In this document: piece after piece, positions 37,368 through 47,104 of the stretch
How the letters are laid out: every line of letters begins with the position of its first letter
Numbering within the stretch: position 1 is the stretch's first letter
Assembly: GCA_045863395.1 (NCBI GenBank)
Contig: BTVJ01000007.1
Span: forward strand, 64,001-128,000
Direction of reading: 5' to 3'
DNA: 64,000 nt
DNA from: Myxococcales bacterium
GTDB lineage: Bacteria; Myxococcota_A; UBA9042; JABWCM01; BTVJ01
Translations under genes and position numbers: made by a program
The notes under the pieces: generated by a model
What the model was told of the DNA's origin: nothing
The model's input: only the letters and a program-made list of their open reading frames with translations
Databases searched by the model: none

Positions 37368-37787
37368 ATGAAGTTCCAGTCGACGCAGCCTGCTCCTTAC
37401 GGCCTCTACATCTCCACCCGACCGCTCGACGTGCGGTTCGTGGGCGCCGACGGGGAGTCCCTCGACGGGCTCCCCGGCGCCGCCTACAGCCGCGTCCCCA
37501 CCCTGCTGGCGGTCCTGCTGGCGCCGGTGCTCGGAGGGGCCTTCGTCATCGCGTTCCCGATCCTCGTGATCGTGGCGGCGGTGGTGGGCCTGCTGCGGGT
37601 CACCTTCGGCGGCATCCGGAAGGCGGCGGGGGACAACGCCTGGCTCGCCAGCTCGCGCTGGGAGCCGTCCACGTCGTACCTGAGCAAGAACGAGAAGAAG
37701 GAGGGCGCGGACGTGCCGCCCGAGCTCGCGGACCTGGCGAGCGAGGTGGATGACAAGCGCGCCGAGGAAGACTCGACGAGGTCCTGA
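37368..37787 (+). CDS. Hypothetical membrane protein
   Basis: GGAGG RBS; hydrophobic LLAPVLGGAFVIAFP segment; first gene of the cytochrome operon. Confidence 0.7.
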   Translation: MKFQSTQPAPYGLYISTRPLDVRFVGADGESLDGLPGAAYSRVPTLLAVLLAPVLGGAFVIAFPILVIVAAVVGLLRVTFGGIRKAAGDNAWLASSRWEPSTSYLSKNEKKEGADVPPELADLASEVDDKRAEEDSTRS

Positions 37788-37809
37788 GAGAGGGGCCGAA
37801 GGAGCTGCC

Positions 37810-38883
37810 ATGCGAGCCGGACAGCCTGCCATGGCTCTCGCGCTGCTCTTCGCCGTGGGGATGGGCCCCGCGGCGGGGGAGGCGAGAGCGGACGCCATCG
37901 GGGAAGCCAACCAGGGCTGCCTCGACTGCCACGAATCAGACGAGGACTCCACGCTGACCTTTGGAGACGAGTCCACCCTGGGGGTGATGGTGGACCCGGA
38001 GGTCTGGAAGAAGTCGGTCCACGGGACTGAGCTGAAGTGCACCGACTGCCACGCGGGCATCGAGGACCACCCTCACCCCGACGTGGATCTCCCGACGGCG
38101 CGGGCGTACCAGCTCGACAGGGCCGGCTCGTGCAAGAAGTGCCACTATGCGTACCACACGCGCATGCTGGACAGCATCCATTACAAGGAGCTGGAGCGCG
38201 GCAACCAGAAGGCCCCGACCTGCACCGACTGCCACGGCGCCCATGACGTCGGCGACCCGGCGGAACGCAGCTCGGTGACCGGGCGCTGCGCCAAGTGCCA
38301 CGAGGACGTGGCGACGGCGTACCAGGCGTCGGTGCATGGAAAGGCGCTGCAAGGGGAGCACGCAGCGGACGTGCCCACCTGCACGGACTGCCACGGCGCC
38401 CACGCCATCGCCGACCCGAGGGCGCCCCAGGCCCGGGTGAGCTCCTGGACGGTCTGCGGCAAGTGCCACTCCGACGAAGAGAAGATGGAGCGCCACGGCC
38501 TGTCGGCGGATGTGCTCACCACCTACCTGGACGACTTCCACGGGCGCTCCAACGCCCTCTACTCCCAGGGCGCGGGCCTGCCCGGCAAGCCCATCGCGAC
38601 CTGCGTCGACTGCCACGGGGTCCACGACATCCAGTCGTTCCGCGAAGGTGGGGCGACGGCGTCCGAGGTGCGCGAGCGCGTCATCGTCGCCTGCCGCAAG
38701 TGCCACGAGGGCGCCCCGGTGGAGTTCGCGGACGCGTGGCTCTCCCACTACCCGCCGACCTTGGAGTCGGCACCGCTGGTCTGGGCCGTGCAGTGGGGCT
38801 ACCGCATCCTGATCCCCCTGATCATGGCGGGCCTCGTGCTGCACATCCTGCTTCACCTGTGGCGCGCCCGGATGCACCGGTAG
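37810..38883 (+). CDS. Multiheme cytochrome c (9 CxxCH) with C-terminal TM anchor
   Basis: Signal peptide; CLDCH, CTDCH, CKKCH, CTDCH, CAKCH, CTDCH, CGKCH, CVDCH, CRKCH. Confidence 0.93.
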   Translation: MRAGQPAMALALLFAVGMGPAAGEARADAIGEANQGCLDCHESDEDSTLTFGDESTLGVMVDPEVWKKSVHGTELKCTDCHAGIEDHPHPDVDLPTARAYQLDRAGSCKKCHYAYHTRMLDSIHYKELERGNQKAPTCTDCHGAHDVGDPAERSSVTGRCAKCHEDVATAYQASVHGKALQGEHAADVPTCTDCHGAHAIADPRAPQARVSSWTVCGKCHSDEEKMERHGLSADVLTTYLDDFHGRSNALYSQGAGLPGKPIATCVDCHGVHDIQSFREGGATASEVRERVIVACRKCHEGAPVEFADAWLSHYPPTLESAPLVWAVQWGYRILIPLIMAGLVLHILLHLWRARMHR

Positions 38884-38892
38884 GAGGTCGTC

Positions 38893-39705
38893 ATGACACG
38901 CATCATCGAGAAGAACGGCACGGTCCTGGTCGAGCGATTCTCACCCATGCGCCGCGCAGAGCACATTCTCGTCCTGGTGACCTTCATCGCCCTGGTGGTC
39001 ACGGGCCTGCCGCAGAAGTTCGACGGGTCGTTCTCCACGTGGCTGCTCGGGGTCATGGGCGGCCTGGACAACGCGCGGCTCATCCACCGGGTCTTTGGCA
39101 TCGTGTTCTCCGTACACGCGGCGGTTCACATCGTCGGCTTCATCATGGGCGTGCTGCTCGGCAGGATGCGGCTCACCTTGCTCCCGACCCTCCAGGACCT
39201 GCGCGACGCCCGCGAGAACCTGTTGTATTACCTGGGGCTGCGCAAGAAGGCCCCGGAGCTCCCCAAGTTCGACTACCGCCAGAAGTTCGAGTACATCGGC
39301 ATGGTCCTGGGTGGGCTCGTGATGGTGGCGAGCGGCCTCATCCTCCTGTTTCCTCAGCTCGCGTCGGGCTTCATGCCAGGCCAGTTCATCCCGGCGGCCA
39401 AGGTGGCCCACTCCAACGAGGCGATGCTGGCGCTCCTGGTCCTCATCGTCTGGCACGTCTACGGGAGCCACCTGTCGCCGGAGGTGTTCCCCATGGACAC
39501 CAGCGTCTTCACCGGCTTCATGACCAAGGAGGAGCTCCGCGAGCGCCACGCCCTCGAGTTTCGGCGGCTGTTCCCCGGGGAGCCCGTCGAGCACGAGCAT
39601 GGGAGCGGCGAGGTGGAGGTGGAGGGGGAGGCGGAGAAGGTGCCGGCGCCACACAGAGCCGCTGGGGAGTTGGGGAAGGTAGGGAAGGTGGAGTCGGGGG
39701 TGTGA
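38893..39705 (+). CDS. Cytochrome b (FdnI/Ni-hydrogenase cytochrome b-like) membrane subunit
   Basis: RAEH, LIHR, KFDYRQKFEY, VAHSNEA, WHVY His ligands in TM helices. Confidence 0.88.
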   Translation: MTRIIEKNGTVLVERFSPMRRAEHILVLVTFIALVVTGLPQKFDGSFSTWLLGVMGGLDNARLIHRVFGIVFSVHAAVHIVGFIMGVLLGRMRLTLLPTLQDLRDARENLLYYLGLRKKAPELPKFDYRQKFEYIGMVLGGLVMVASGLILLFPQLASGFMPGQFIPAAKVAHSNEAMLALLVLIVWHVYGSHLSPEVFPMDTSVFTGFMTKEELRERHALEFRRLFPGEPVEHEHGSGEVEVEGEAEKVPAPHRAAGELGKVGKVESGV

Positions 39706-39838
39706 CAGAACAACGGCCCGCGGCGAAGATCACCGTCAGTCAGTGGGTCGACGTCAATGGCACGCAAGCCGAGTGGTGGTATGCACCGGAGTCAGCAGCA
39801 TCCGGACCCCAAGTGCCAAACCTCAAATCGCCGCTGCG

Positions 39839-40171
39839 TTATTGCCCCTCGGTTGTTTGTCGTGGCGCGGCAAGCTTGTTGTTGACCCGACTGCACATGC
39901 AGTTATCGAACGAGTCTGAGTGGCACTCATAGTCAGCGGGGCAACTGATTCTCTCGCAACATCTCGCCGCGCGGCAGTAGCAGTCGTCCCCTGAGCCGTC
40001 GCACACGGGCTTGTCTCCCGAGCACGCCTTAGCTTCACAACAGTACCTGGAGGGAGGATCATCCCCACAGCCTTGCATGCACAGGCCGAGGACCAGAAGG
40101 CCGATGAAGGTAATTGCAGCTAATACGCTCCTGCAGCTCCCTTTACTCCTACCGAATTGGATCTCGCCCAT
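39839..40171 (-). CDS. Small Cys-rich lipoprotein
   Basis: Hydrophobic stretch then MQGC; about a dozen Cys; A+T-richer segment. Confidence 0.5.
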   Translation of the reverse strand: MGEIQFGRSKGSCRSVLAAITFIGLLVLGLCMQGCGDDPPSRYCCEAKACSGDKPVCDGSGDDCYCRAARCCERISCPADYECHSDSFDNCMCSRVNNKLAAPRQTTEGQ

Positions 40172-40257
40172 AATAGATTCTCCCGTGGCAGAGACTCGCG
40201 TCGAAATGGACGCTACACTCGGTGGGTAGTGGCCCATCCGTAAGGTTTCTGTGCGAG

Positions 40258-41178
40258 TTACTTCAAACTCCATCCCCACCAAGGTCCAGACGAGACCGTC
40301 ACTCCCACGGACAAGTGGGACGCGGCATCACCCGATTGGAGTGTAGAAGCGGGGATGTGAATGAGCATGACTGTCGGCCCAACTCGAAAGTCTACAGTAT
40401 CGGTCCTCCCGACGTAGCTGATTGCCGCCGTTGCCAGGAACAGCCCACCTCGTGGGTCGAAGCTCTCCAGCTTATTGCCAGATGTGCTGGTTCTTGAGTC
40501 GACGACCGGGTCAGGGGCCCCTCCCAGAGTAGTGGAGATGCCCAGGCCGTGTGACATGGCGTCTGGCGAGCCCCAAGAAATGTCGCCAGAGAAGCCAACG
40601 CGGAGCGTCGCTCCGGAAATATTGGTAGTGACACCAGGCATGGCGTTGGAAGCGCTGGAGAGAAAGTAACTGGATCCCACGATGCCGCCGACGGAGTAGC
40701 TCACATCCGCCCGTCGATATCTGATGCCAATGAGCGCATTGAGCCCGAAGTCCAAGCTCGGGCCCAAATCTATCTGCCCAAATGGGCCCGTTGTGGCTTC
40801 GAGAAGCCCGGGTTTCGCCACAACGGCACCGAAGTCGAAGGTAAGGCAGGGCAATACGAAGAAGACGTCCTCGTCTTGAGCATTGGTGAAAGCAGGCAGA
40901 CCCGGAGTCTCTAGACTGAGTGGGTCCAACACTCCGTCGTCGGGTCCCCCCTTAGTTCCCTGCTCCGGGTACTTGTTGCCCGGATCGACCGCGGACGCGT
41001 TCGGGGCTGCTGCATCGACGTCGGACTCTGCAGGTTCATGCAAGGCGGAACCGTCGACCGTAGCTGGCGCCACCGTTCGCGTAATGCTCCATACACTGTA
41101 ACCTGTATGTGCCAATGCTCCAGCGCCCACAAGCACTGGCGCTGCTCCGGCTGCCACCCTCAAGATCCACATGGTCAT
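40258..41178 (-). CDS. Hypothetical exported protein, possible beta-stranded outer-membrane protein
   Basis: ATGA overlap with upstream gene; amphipathic beta-strand-like C-terminal half. Confidence 0.5.
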   Translation of the reverse strand: MTMWILRVAAGAAPVLVGAGALAHTGYSVWSITRTVAPATVDGSALHEPAESDVDAAAPNASAVDPGNKYPEQGTKGGPDDGVLDPLSLETPGLPAFTNAQDEDVFFVLPCLTFDFGAVVAKPGLLEATTGPFGQIDLGPSLDFGLNALIGIRYRRADVSYSVGGIVGSSYFLSSASNAMPGVTTNISGATLRVGFSGDISWGSPDAMSHGLGISTTLGGAPDPVVDSRTSTSGNKLESFDPRGGLFLATAAISYVGRTDTVDFRVGPTVMLIHIPASTLQSGDAASHLSVGVTVSSGPWWGWSLK

Positions 41179-42449
41179 TGGTCCCTCCAGCGCCAGTTCT
41201 GATCGTCAAACCCTCGCTCCAGGAGAACGTCGAGAGTCGCTCCATCGATAATCTGGAGTACGTCTCGTTCGCCGCTCTTTGCGTTCCAGATGAAGTCCGG
41301 CACTCCGTCGCGGTTATAGTCCGGTGCCACAGCGATCTGGCGCCTCGTTCCATCAAACTCGCTCTCCTGAGTCTGGAGCGATGAAAGAGTCTTGCCAGAT
41401 ATCACATCTACGCGGGAGCCCGTGCAACCGTTGTAGCAGGTCGATGTGCGAGCAAGGTCATTTACGCCGTCTCCATTGACGTCATCAAGCACGCTGATTG
41501 TCTCGGTGATACTCCCGGTCTCAGTGCTTGGAGGCAGCAGAGCATCGCCCATTCTGAGTATTTCACACGTAGTCGGGTCGAGGAGCACGAGGGAAACATC
41601 GATGCTCTCGGCTTTGTCCACTGAGCCGACAACTACCCGCGGTGATTGGGTCATGTCCGAATTTGCGACAGGAACAACTGTCGCCAGTGAAAACCCGAAG
41701 TGTGTCATGTGACTAGGTGAGCAGGACGAAACTTTGGAACCACTCGCTCCTGAATGAATCGAGAGCGAGAAGGAGTCTGTGTCTCTGTTGTAGGTGGTGG
41801 CAACTGCCTCGCTCAACTGGTCTCCGTCAATGTCAAGTAAGAGTCCAGTTAGGATGTGTGCATACTCGCTGTTCTTCTGGAGGGCGATTTCCCACAAAAC
41901 TTCTCCATTGGCGCCCGAGACCGCAGCCCAACGCTGTCTATCAGGCGATCTCAGTCCGAAGTCCTCAAATCCGTCTCCGGAAATGTCCCCAAGACTATGT
42001 GCAAGGCTGGACGCGAACTGGACAGCCCCGACTTCGGTGAACCATTCCGCGTCAATTATGTGACAAACTCCTTTCCATTCGCCTCCCCGAGCGCGTTCAC
42101 CAGGTGCACAGGCCACCAAGCGACCGGGACCCGTTGGGGTTGCCAGCGAGATTATTGAGCTTCCTAGGAATGCCCCCCCGTTTGCTCCGTAGTGGCATGA
42201 ACGTGTTACGCCGGTTTGGCCGGAAATGACGCACAGTCCACCGGCATTCACTCGTGTTCTTCTATCTCTGGAGAAACTGTGTAGCGGAATAGCCGCGATG
42301 ATGTCTTCCACCCCGTCACCATCAATGTCTGGAACGACGGCGAAGCTGTGTCCGAAGCCCGCTTCAGATGGCGGCTTAGGGTCGCATGCGAGGAAGAACA
42401 GCGCCAGCAGTCCAAGTGCGGGCGAGCGGATGACAGTCGATGCACTCAT
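41175..42449 (-). CDS. FG-GAP/integrin-alpha-like repeat lipoprotein
   Basis: Lipobox FFLAC; DIDGDGVED, DISGDGFED, DVNGDGVND, DYNRDGVPD. Confidence 0.8.
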   Translation of the reverse strand: MSASTVIRSPALGLLALFFLACDPKPPSEAGFGHSFAVVPDIDGDGVEDIIAAIPLHSFSRDRRTRVNAGGLCVISGQTGVTRSCHYGANGGAFLGSSIISLATPTGPGRLVACAPGERARGGEWKGVCHIIDAEWFTEVGAVQFASSLAHSLGDISGDGFEDFGLRSPDRQRWAAVSGANGEVLWEIALQKNSEYAHILTGLLLDIDGDQLSEAVATTYNRDTDSFSLSIHSGASGSKVSSCSPSHMTHFGFSLATVVPVANSDMTQSPRVVVGSVDKAESIDVSLVLLDPTTCEILRMGDALLPPSTETGSITETISVLDDVNGDGVNDLARTSTCYNGCTGSRVDVISGKTLSSLQTQESEFDGTRRQIAVAPDYNRDGVPDFIWNAKSGERDVLQIIDGATLDVLLERGFDDQNWRWRDQ

Positions 42450-42834
42450 TCCTAAACTCCTGCCTGCAATCACACTGTTGATCTTGGCCGAAAGGCCCTT
42501 CACAAGTCTCGTGCCCTTCGGGGTTGCGCAGCCAATTGTAACAGGCCCAAAGACGCAGCTTGCGCAACTTCGCGGACGTACAGTATGGTACGGCATGGGC
42601 AAACGCATTGGTACTGGGCTGCCCAATGCCTTCATCATGCCGTGCATTCCAGATCAACCACAGCAGTCAATTTAGCATCATCGAGAGGGTTCGAGCAACG
42701 AGGTTGTCCTAGCCGCGTGACACCTGGGCATTCGTGCAGTCACCTGATCCGTCGGAATCGGCAACGGTGAAATCGATAGGTGAATAGTCGTCCGGGCGTT
42801 TTTTGGGAGTTCAGAGACAGGAGGCCGTAGGGAG

Positions 42835-44556
42835 TCAGTGAAGCATGAATGCCTCGATGTGAAACCCCCCAGAATCGTCCGAAACGTCAGAATCCAGGTT
42901 CGGGGTGAAGGAGATGTGGAGGGGGGAGGGGCAGTCCTTCGCTCGGAAGAGGGCGCGGTGGGCGGCGGGGTCGTTGGCCAGCGCTTCGGTCTTGGCGCAG
43001 GCGAAGGTGACGGGGGCTACCGTGCCGCCGGCGACCTTCTCGATGTGGCTCCAGGCGTTGAGGGGGCCGGTTTCGATGCCGGCGCCGATGGCCATGAGGC
43101 CTCGGACCTCGACGAGGACGTCGGCGACCGGGGTGTCGAGGGGGATTAGCAGGTCCGGGACCTCAGTGAGCCACGGGATCTTGGCTACCTTTCCGCGGCG
43201 GAGGACGCCCCCTCCGAGGTACTTGCCCACCGGGTGGCCCAGGCGGAAACCGGGGGCGTCGCTGAGCAGCAGTGGGTGGTTCGCCGGCGCTGGGTAGATG
43301 GTCACCTTGAGGCTCCCCTTGTTGTCATCCCACGCCGCCGGGTCGTTGCCTAGGCCGTCGTGGATGGAGAGGCGCAGGATGTGGCTGGTGGGGATTGCTG
43401 CGAAGAGGTACGTGCTGGCAAAGAGGCACTCGCGGACCAGGGTCGGGGGGAGGCCGTCCACCTGGAAGGAGAAGTTGGCGTCGACTCGATCAAAGTCGGG
43501 GAAGTAGTCGCAGCCTACGCACACGGGCTCCGACGGGTTCGCCTGGTAGGGCTTGTGCCAGCGGCGCAGGCCGTCCTGGCAGCCGTCGACGGAGAACATG
43601 AAGACGCCTCGCACCAGGAGGAAGTACGTGGCGCCGGCCTTCACGCCCGGGACCAGCGTTCCTTGCTGGGAGGTGGCGTCCACTTCTACGGTGAGGCTTC
43701 CGGGCGGTGGGGTCTCCAGACAGCCGACGGGTGTTGGGGGCGTCACGCAGGGGCCGAAGGGAGCGAGGCCGACGAATCCGGTGCCAGGCAGCGTCGATCC
43801 TGGTAGCGGAGGGACCGCAGGCTTCTCCGGGGTTGGAGGGTTGGGGGCTGGCTGCTGTGCGGACTTGGCCGCGGGTGTGTTCTTCTGGGCAGGATCCGGT
43901 GTGGGCGGCGCATCGGGCGTGGGCGCGTCCTTCGCGACCGGGGAGGACACGTCCCCGGTGGCCGGCTCGGGCGCCACGGCGGGGCTCTTGTTGTCCGCCG
44001 CCTGTGGGGGTGCCGCGCCGGACCCGCTGCTCTTCGAAGCGACCGGCAGTCTGGCGCCCCAGAGTGCCGGGGATGAGGGCAAGAGGGCGACGAGCTGATC
44101 ATCCGGTGCATTTGCGATCCCGAGGTCCGGCGGGTGCTCCGGGATCTCCAGGCCGGCGTAGATGGCGCCGCCCGGCGCAACGGTCGGGACCTGGACGTCC
44201 GCAGCGAACGCATGCGCGGTCACTCCGGGGGCTGCCCTGGCGGTGGGCTGCTCCCGCGGTGATGTGCTGCCCGGCTCGCCGACATGGGCAGGTGCTCGCG
44301 CTGGTCCCTTCGGCGTGCTCCCCGCCGACGTGCCGGCCTGCGGCTCCGCCGGATCTTCGCCTTGCGGAACCTTCTCGGGCCCATGGACCCAAGGCAGCCG
44401 CAGACCGCGCAGTGGATCGCTCTTGTCTCCCCGCTCCCGCCGGCCCCGGGCTCCGTTGTCATCTCCCTCTCCGCCGCTCCCGGTCCACCACACTGCCGCC
44501 ACGCACCCGAGAAGAGCGAGCACCAGGAGCGCGCCGCCGGCTCGCCGCGTGGTCAC
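42835..44556 (-). CDS. Membrane-anchored protein with Pro-rich stalk and two possible PA-IL/LecA-like beta-sandwich modules
   Basis: GTGA overlap with upstream stop; N-terminal TM; WDDNKGSLKVTI and SDDSGGFHIEA end-of-domain motifs. Confidence 0.6.
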   Translation of the reverse strand: MTTRRAGGALLVLALLGCVAAVWWTGSGGEGDDNGARGRRERGDKSDPLRGLRLPWVHGPEKVPQGEDPAEPQAGTSAGSTPKGPARAPAHVGEPGSTSPREQPTARAAPGVTAHAFAADVQVPTVAPGGAIYAGLEIPEHPPDLGIANAPDDQLVALLPSSPALWGARLPVASKSSGSGAAPPQAADNKSPAVAPEPATGDVSSPVAKDAPTPDAPPTPDPAQKNTPAAKSAQQPAPNPPTPEKPAVPPLPGSTLPGTGFVGLAPFGPCVTPPTPVGCLETPPPGSLTVEVDATSQQGTLVPGVKAGATYFLLVRGVFMFSVDGCQDGLRRWHKPYQANPSEPVCVGCDYFPDFDRVDANFSFQVDGLPPTLVRECLFASTYLFAAIPTSHILRLSIHDGLGNDPAAWDDNKGSLKVTIYPAPANHPLLLSDAPGFRLGHPVGKYLGGGVLRRGKVAKIPWLTEVPDLLIPLDTPVADVLVEVRGLMAIGAGIETGPLNAWSHIEKVAGGTVAPVTFACAKTEALANDPAAHRALFRAKDCPSPLHISFTPNLDSDVSDDSGGFHIEAFMLH

Positions 44557-45353
44557 TTCGTGTCCTCTCTGGAAGCGAGCGCCACTGCGTCGAGGGCATC
44601 GAGCGAGCGTGGGCCTAGCCTGCCCCCGTTGATGCCGCCCCACGTGGCATCCGGCTGGCGCGCCACGACCTCGGTGGGTCCCTCCCCTTGCTTCACTATA
44701 GTAATGATGTACTCCCCGTCTTCGAGCGAGGTGTCGCCGTCGCCAACGTAGATGCGAAGGTAGCCCCCGTCGTCGACCAGGCGGAGCGTCGTGGTCCTGC
44801 CGGGGTCGCCTCGGAGCGCGACGCGCACGGACTCCTCGCGCCGACCGCCAGCGGCGGCTAGAGGGTAGGCGCGGGAGCCTTGCCCGGCCCGCTGCGCCCT
44901 GCGGCAGCGCACGCACGCAACGAGCCCCTCTACGTGCGCTTGGATCCAGGCCCCGAGGGTCGCGTCCGGCGCCTTCGCCAGCGCTTCACCTGAAGGGTGG
45001 AGCACCAGCAGGATCTGCGTCAGGGTGTCGATGCGTCGCCGACGGAACGGGGCCCCCTGCCCACCGCCAGGGAACCGTGTGAAGTAGGCGGCCAACGCCG
45101 CAGGCTCTGCCCCGGTGGACGCGAGCGCCCCGAGCAGCTCGTCGCCCGGGCGCCCCTCCTCGGCCAGGATGAGCCAGGCGGCCTCCCCCGCCGGCCAACA
45201 CCCGGCCGCACGCAGCCCCTCGCCGCACGCGGACTCGGCCGCCCGCAGCAGCACATCGGAGTTGGACGCATCGGGCAAGGACAGGTGCAGCGCGCGGAGT
45301 GCCGCGAGGACGCGCCGTTCTTGCACCAACAGGGGGTCTCGGTTGCTCAGCAT
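44553..45353 (-). CDS. Hypothetical protein (candidate Zn-binding anti-sigma-like)
   Basis: GAGG RBS; H...CVRC motif, then YPLAAA linker and beta-rich C-terminal domain. Confidence 0.55.
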   Translation of the reverse strand: MLSNRDPLLVQERRVLAALRALHLSLPDASNSDVLLRAAESACGEGLRAAGCWPAGEAAWLILAEEGRPGDELLGALASTGAEPAALAAYFTRFPGGGQGAPFRRRRIDTLTQILLVLHPSGEALAKAPDATLGAWIQAHVEGLVACVRCRRAQRAGQGSRAYPLAAAGGRREESVRVALRGDPGRTTTLRLVDDGGYLRIYVGDGDTSLEDGEYIITIVKQGEGPTEVVARQPDATWGGINGGRLGPRSLDALDAVALASREDTK

Positions 45354-45363
45354 CGCGCGTCCC

Positions 45364-46701
45364 TCAGTTGCCCTTGCATCGCTGTGGTGCCTGACTGCGT
45401 TGGCTGCCGCGCCCCGATGTCGTCCCTGTTGGCGCGGACGTGCTGGTCGGAGTGGTCGCCTTGTCGAAACGGTCACGCACCTCCCGAAGTATGTCCAGCA
45501 GCTCGTCGTGCATGCAAAAGAGATCGCAGATCGTGCTCGACTTGCGTCGGAGCCACGCGTCCAGGCAATGCGGCTCCAGATCATCCGGGTCGGGGCGCTC
45601 CCTCGTTGCGGCCTCCCTCACGGAGGCTTCGCTCCACCACGTGCGGTGACGGGCGCGCTTGAGGCGCTGGCGACCCGCGTCGGTATCATTCCTTGCGCCC
45701 GGAAGGTAGTGGTCGTCGCGCACAGAACCATCCAGGTCCAGGGTGCCCTGGAGGAACATCACCACCTCGTGAAGGATCACGTCCTCGACCTCGTGCCAGG
45801 CGCTCGGGGCCTGCTGCTGCTGCGGTGCCGACGTGGAGGATGACTTCGATTCGTCGGTCGCTCCTTGTGTCTTCGGGCCATTGCGGTGCTTCAACCAGCT
45901 CTGGGCGCCCGCGAGGACGGACAGCTTGAAGTCCAGCAGGAGACGCACCCAGCCTCCCTCCGGAGGGGAGAGCAGCTCGTAGGTCTGCTGGGTACGCGCG
46001 ACCGCCGTCGTGAGCCGCTCGACGTGTCGCCTCTCCTCGCCCCTGAAGCTCGTGTGGTCCGCGGCGAGCTGCATGGCGACCGAGCGCCATGGTGGCTCCG
46101 CAACGCAGGTCGCCAGCGCGATGTGCTCCGCGACCTTCGGACCGGGCCACAAGACGTCCTTGCCGAACCCCACGGACACGGCGCTCGTCGCGGAGGCCAT
46201 CGCGTCCAGCGGGCCGGGCATCCGCCGCCGGGCCATCTCGAGCATCTGGAACTCCGTCCCCGACGCACCCGCGGCCTCGCCGTGGAGCAGCGCCGGGAGC
46301 TCATTGACCAGGACCGCGGGGTAGTAGGACTTGACCCGGGGAGGAGGCTCGCAGTCGCAGATCCTGGCGACGCCCAGGACGATTGCCGCCTGGACCGCCA
46401 GCGGGTACTCGGTGCACAGCCGTTCGAGCGCGCATCTCGCGCACGCACCACAGGTACAGGGCGCCTCGCCGGGTCTCTGCGGGTGAATCCATTCCGTGTA
46501 GCCGTCCGCGCAGTCCTCGCAGACGGCCACTATCTCAGCCAGGGCGGCGAGCAGCAGGCAGCGTTCCTCATTCTCAGACGGGAGCTCGAGCTGGGCGGAG
46601 ATGGTCCCTGCCAGCTCCTCGGTGTTGCCCGTGGCGGCGTCCTCATAAAGAACTTGCAGCAGTTGTATCCACTTCTGAACACTTTCGAGCCCGTATGGCA
46701 T
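45364..46701 (-). CDS. Hypothetical Cys-containing protein (possible highly divergent sigma-like regulator)
   Basis: Likely start MPYGL; CEDC..CTCGACARC cluster; GRQRLKRAR near C-terminus; start and function uncertain. Confidence 0.5.
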   Translation of the reverse strand: MPYGLESVQKWIQLLQVLYEDAATGNTEELAGTISAQLELPSENEERCLLLAALAEIVAVCEDCADGYTEWIHPQRPGEAPCTCGACARCALERLCTEYPLAVQAAIVLGVARICDCEPPPRVKSYYPAVLVNELPALLHGEAAGASGTEFQMLEMARRRMPGPLDAMASATSAVSVGFGKDVLWPGPKVAEHIALATCVAEPPWRSVAMQLAADHTSFRGEERRHVERLTTAVARTQQTYELLSPPEGGWVRLLLDFKLSVLAGAQSWLKHRNGPKTQGATDESKSSSTSAPQQQQAPSAWHEVEDVILHEVVMFLQGTLDLDGSVRDDHYLPGARNDTDAGRQRLKRARHRTWWSEASVREAATRERPDPDDLEPHCLDAWLRRKSSTICDLFCMHDELLDILREVRDRFDKATTPTSTSAPTGTTSGRGSQRSQAPQRCKGN

Positions 46702-46783
46702 CGCCCGCACCTTCCATTCCCCGTGTAGTCGAGGTATATCCCATGTTGCTCGACCTGGGAAGTCCGCATTCAGGGTGTCACGC

Positions 46784-47104
46784 ATGCACCCCGCTCTACG
46801 GCAGCGTGTTCTGATTCCCGCGGGGAAGCGGAAGGCCAACATGGATCGCTGGATTACGCTCCGAACATTCGACGACCACGGGTGGTTGCGGTTCGTCCTG
46901 GACGCGCCGGGTGCGCGCGACGCCGAGTCGCAGTACCGCGTGACGTTTCGGCTGAACGATGGGACGCACATGGAGGCCGTCTTCCACCTACCTCGCGACG
47001 TCTGGTGGGGTGTCAATGCCGGCGCCCTCGGGAGGCACGACGTCGATGACATCGAGGCGGTGGTCATCGAGCGCGATGCCCAACCTGAGGGCGAGGCCGA
47101 CTGA
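46784..47104 (+). CDS. Small hypothetical protein
   Basis: Stop overlaps next ATG (TGATG); globular beta-rich composition. Confidence 0.6.
   Translation: MHPALRQRVLIPAGKRKANMDRWITLRTFDDHGWLRFVLDAPGARDAESQYRVTFRLNDGTHMEAVFHLPRDVWWGVNAGALGRHDVDDIEAVVIERDAQPEGEAD

Noticed and set aside
42376..42657. 93-aa ORF containing CIDCH
   Set aside because: The CxxCH overlaps the FG-GAP gene start in another frame and there is no signal peptide; likely incidental
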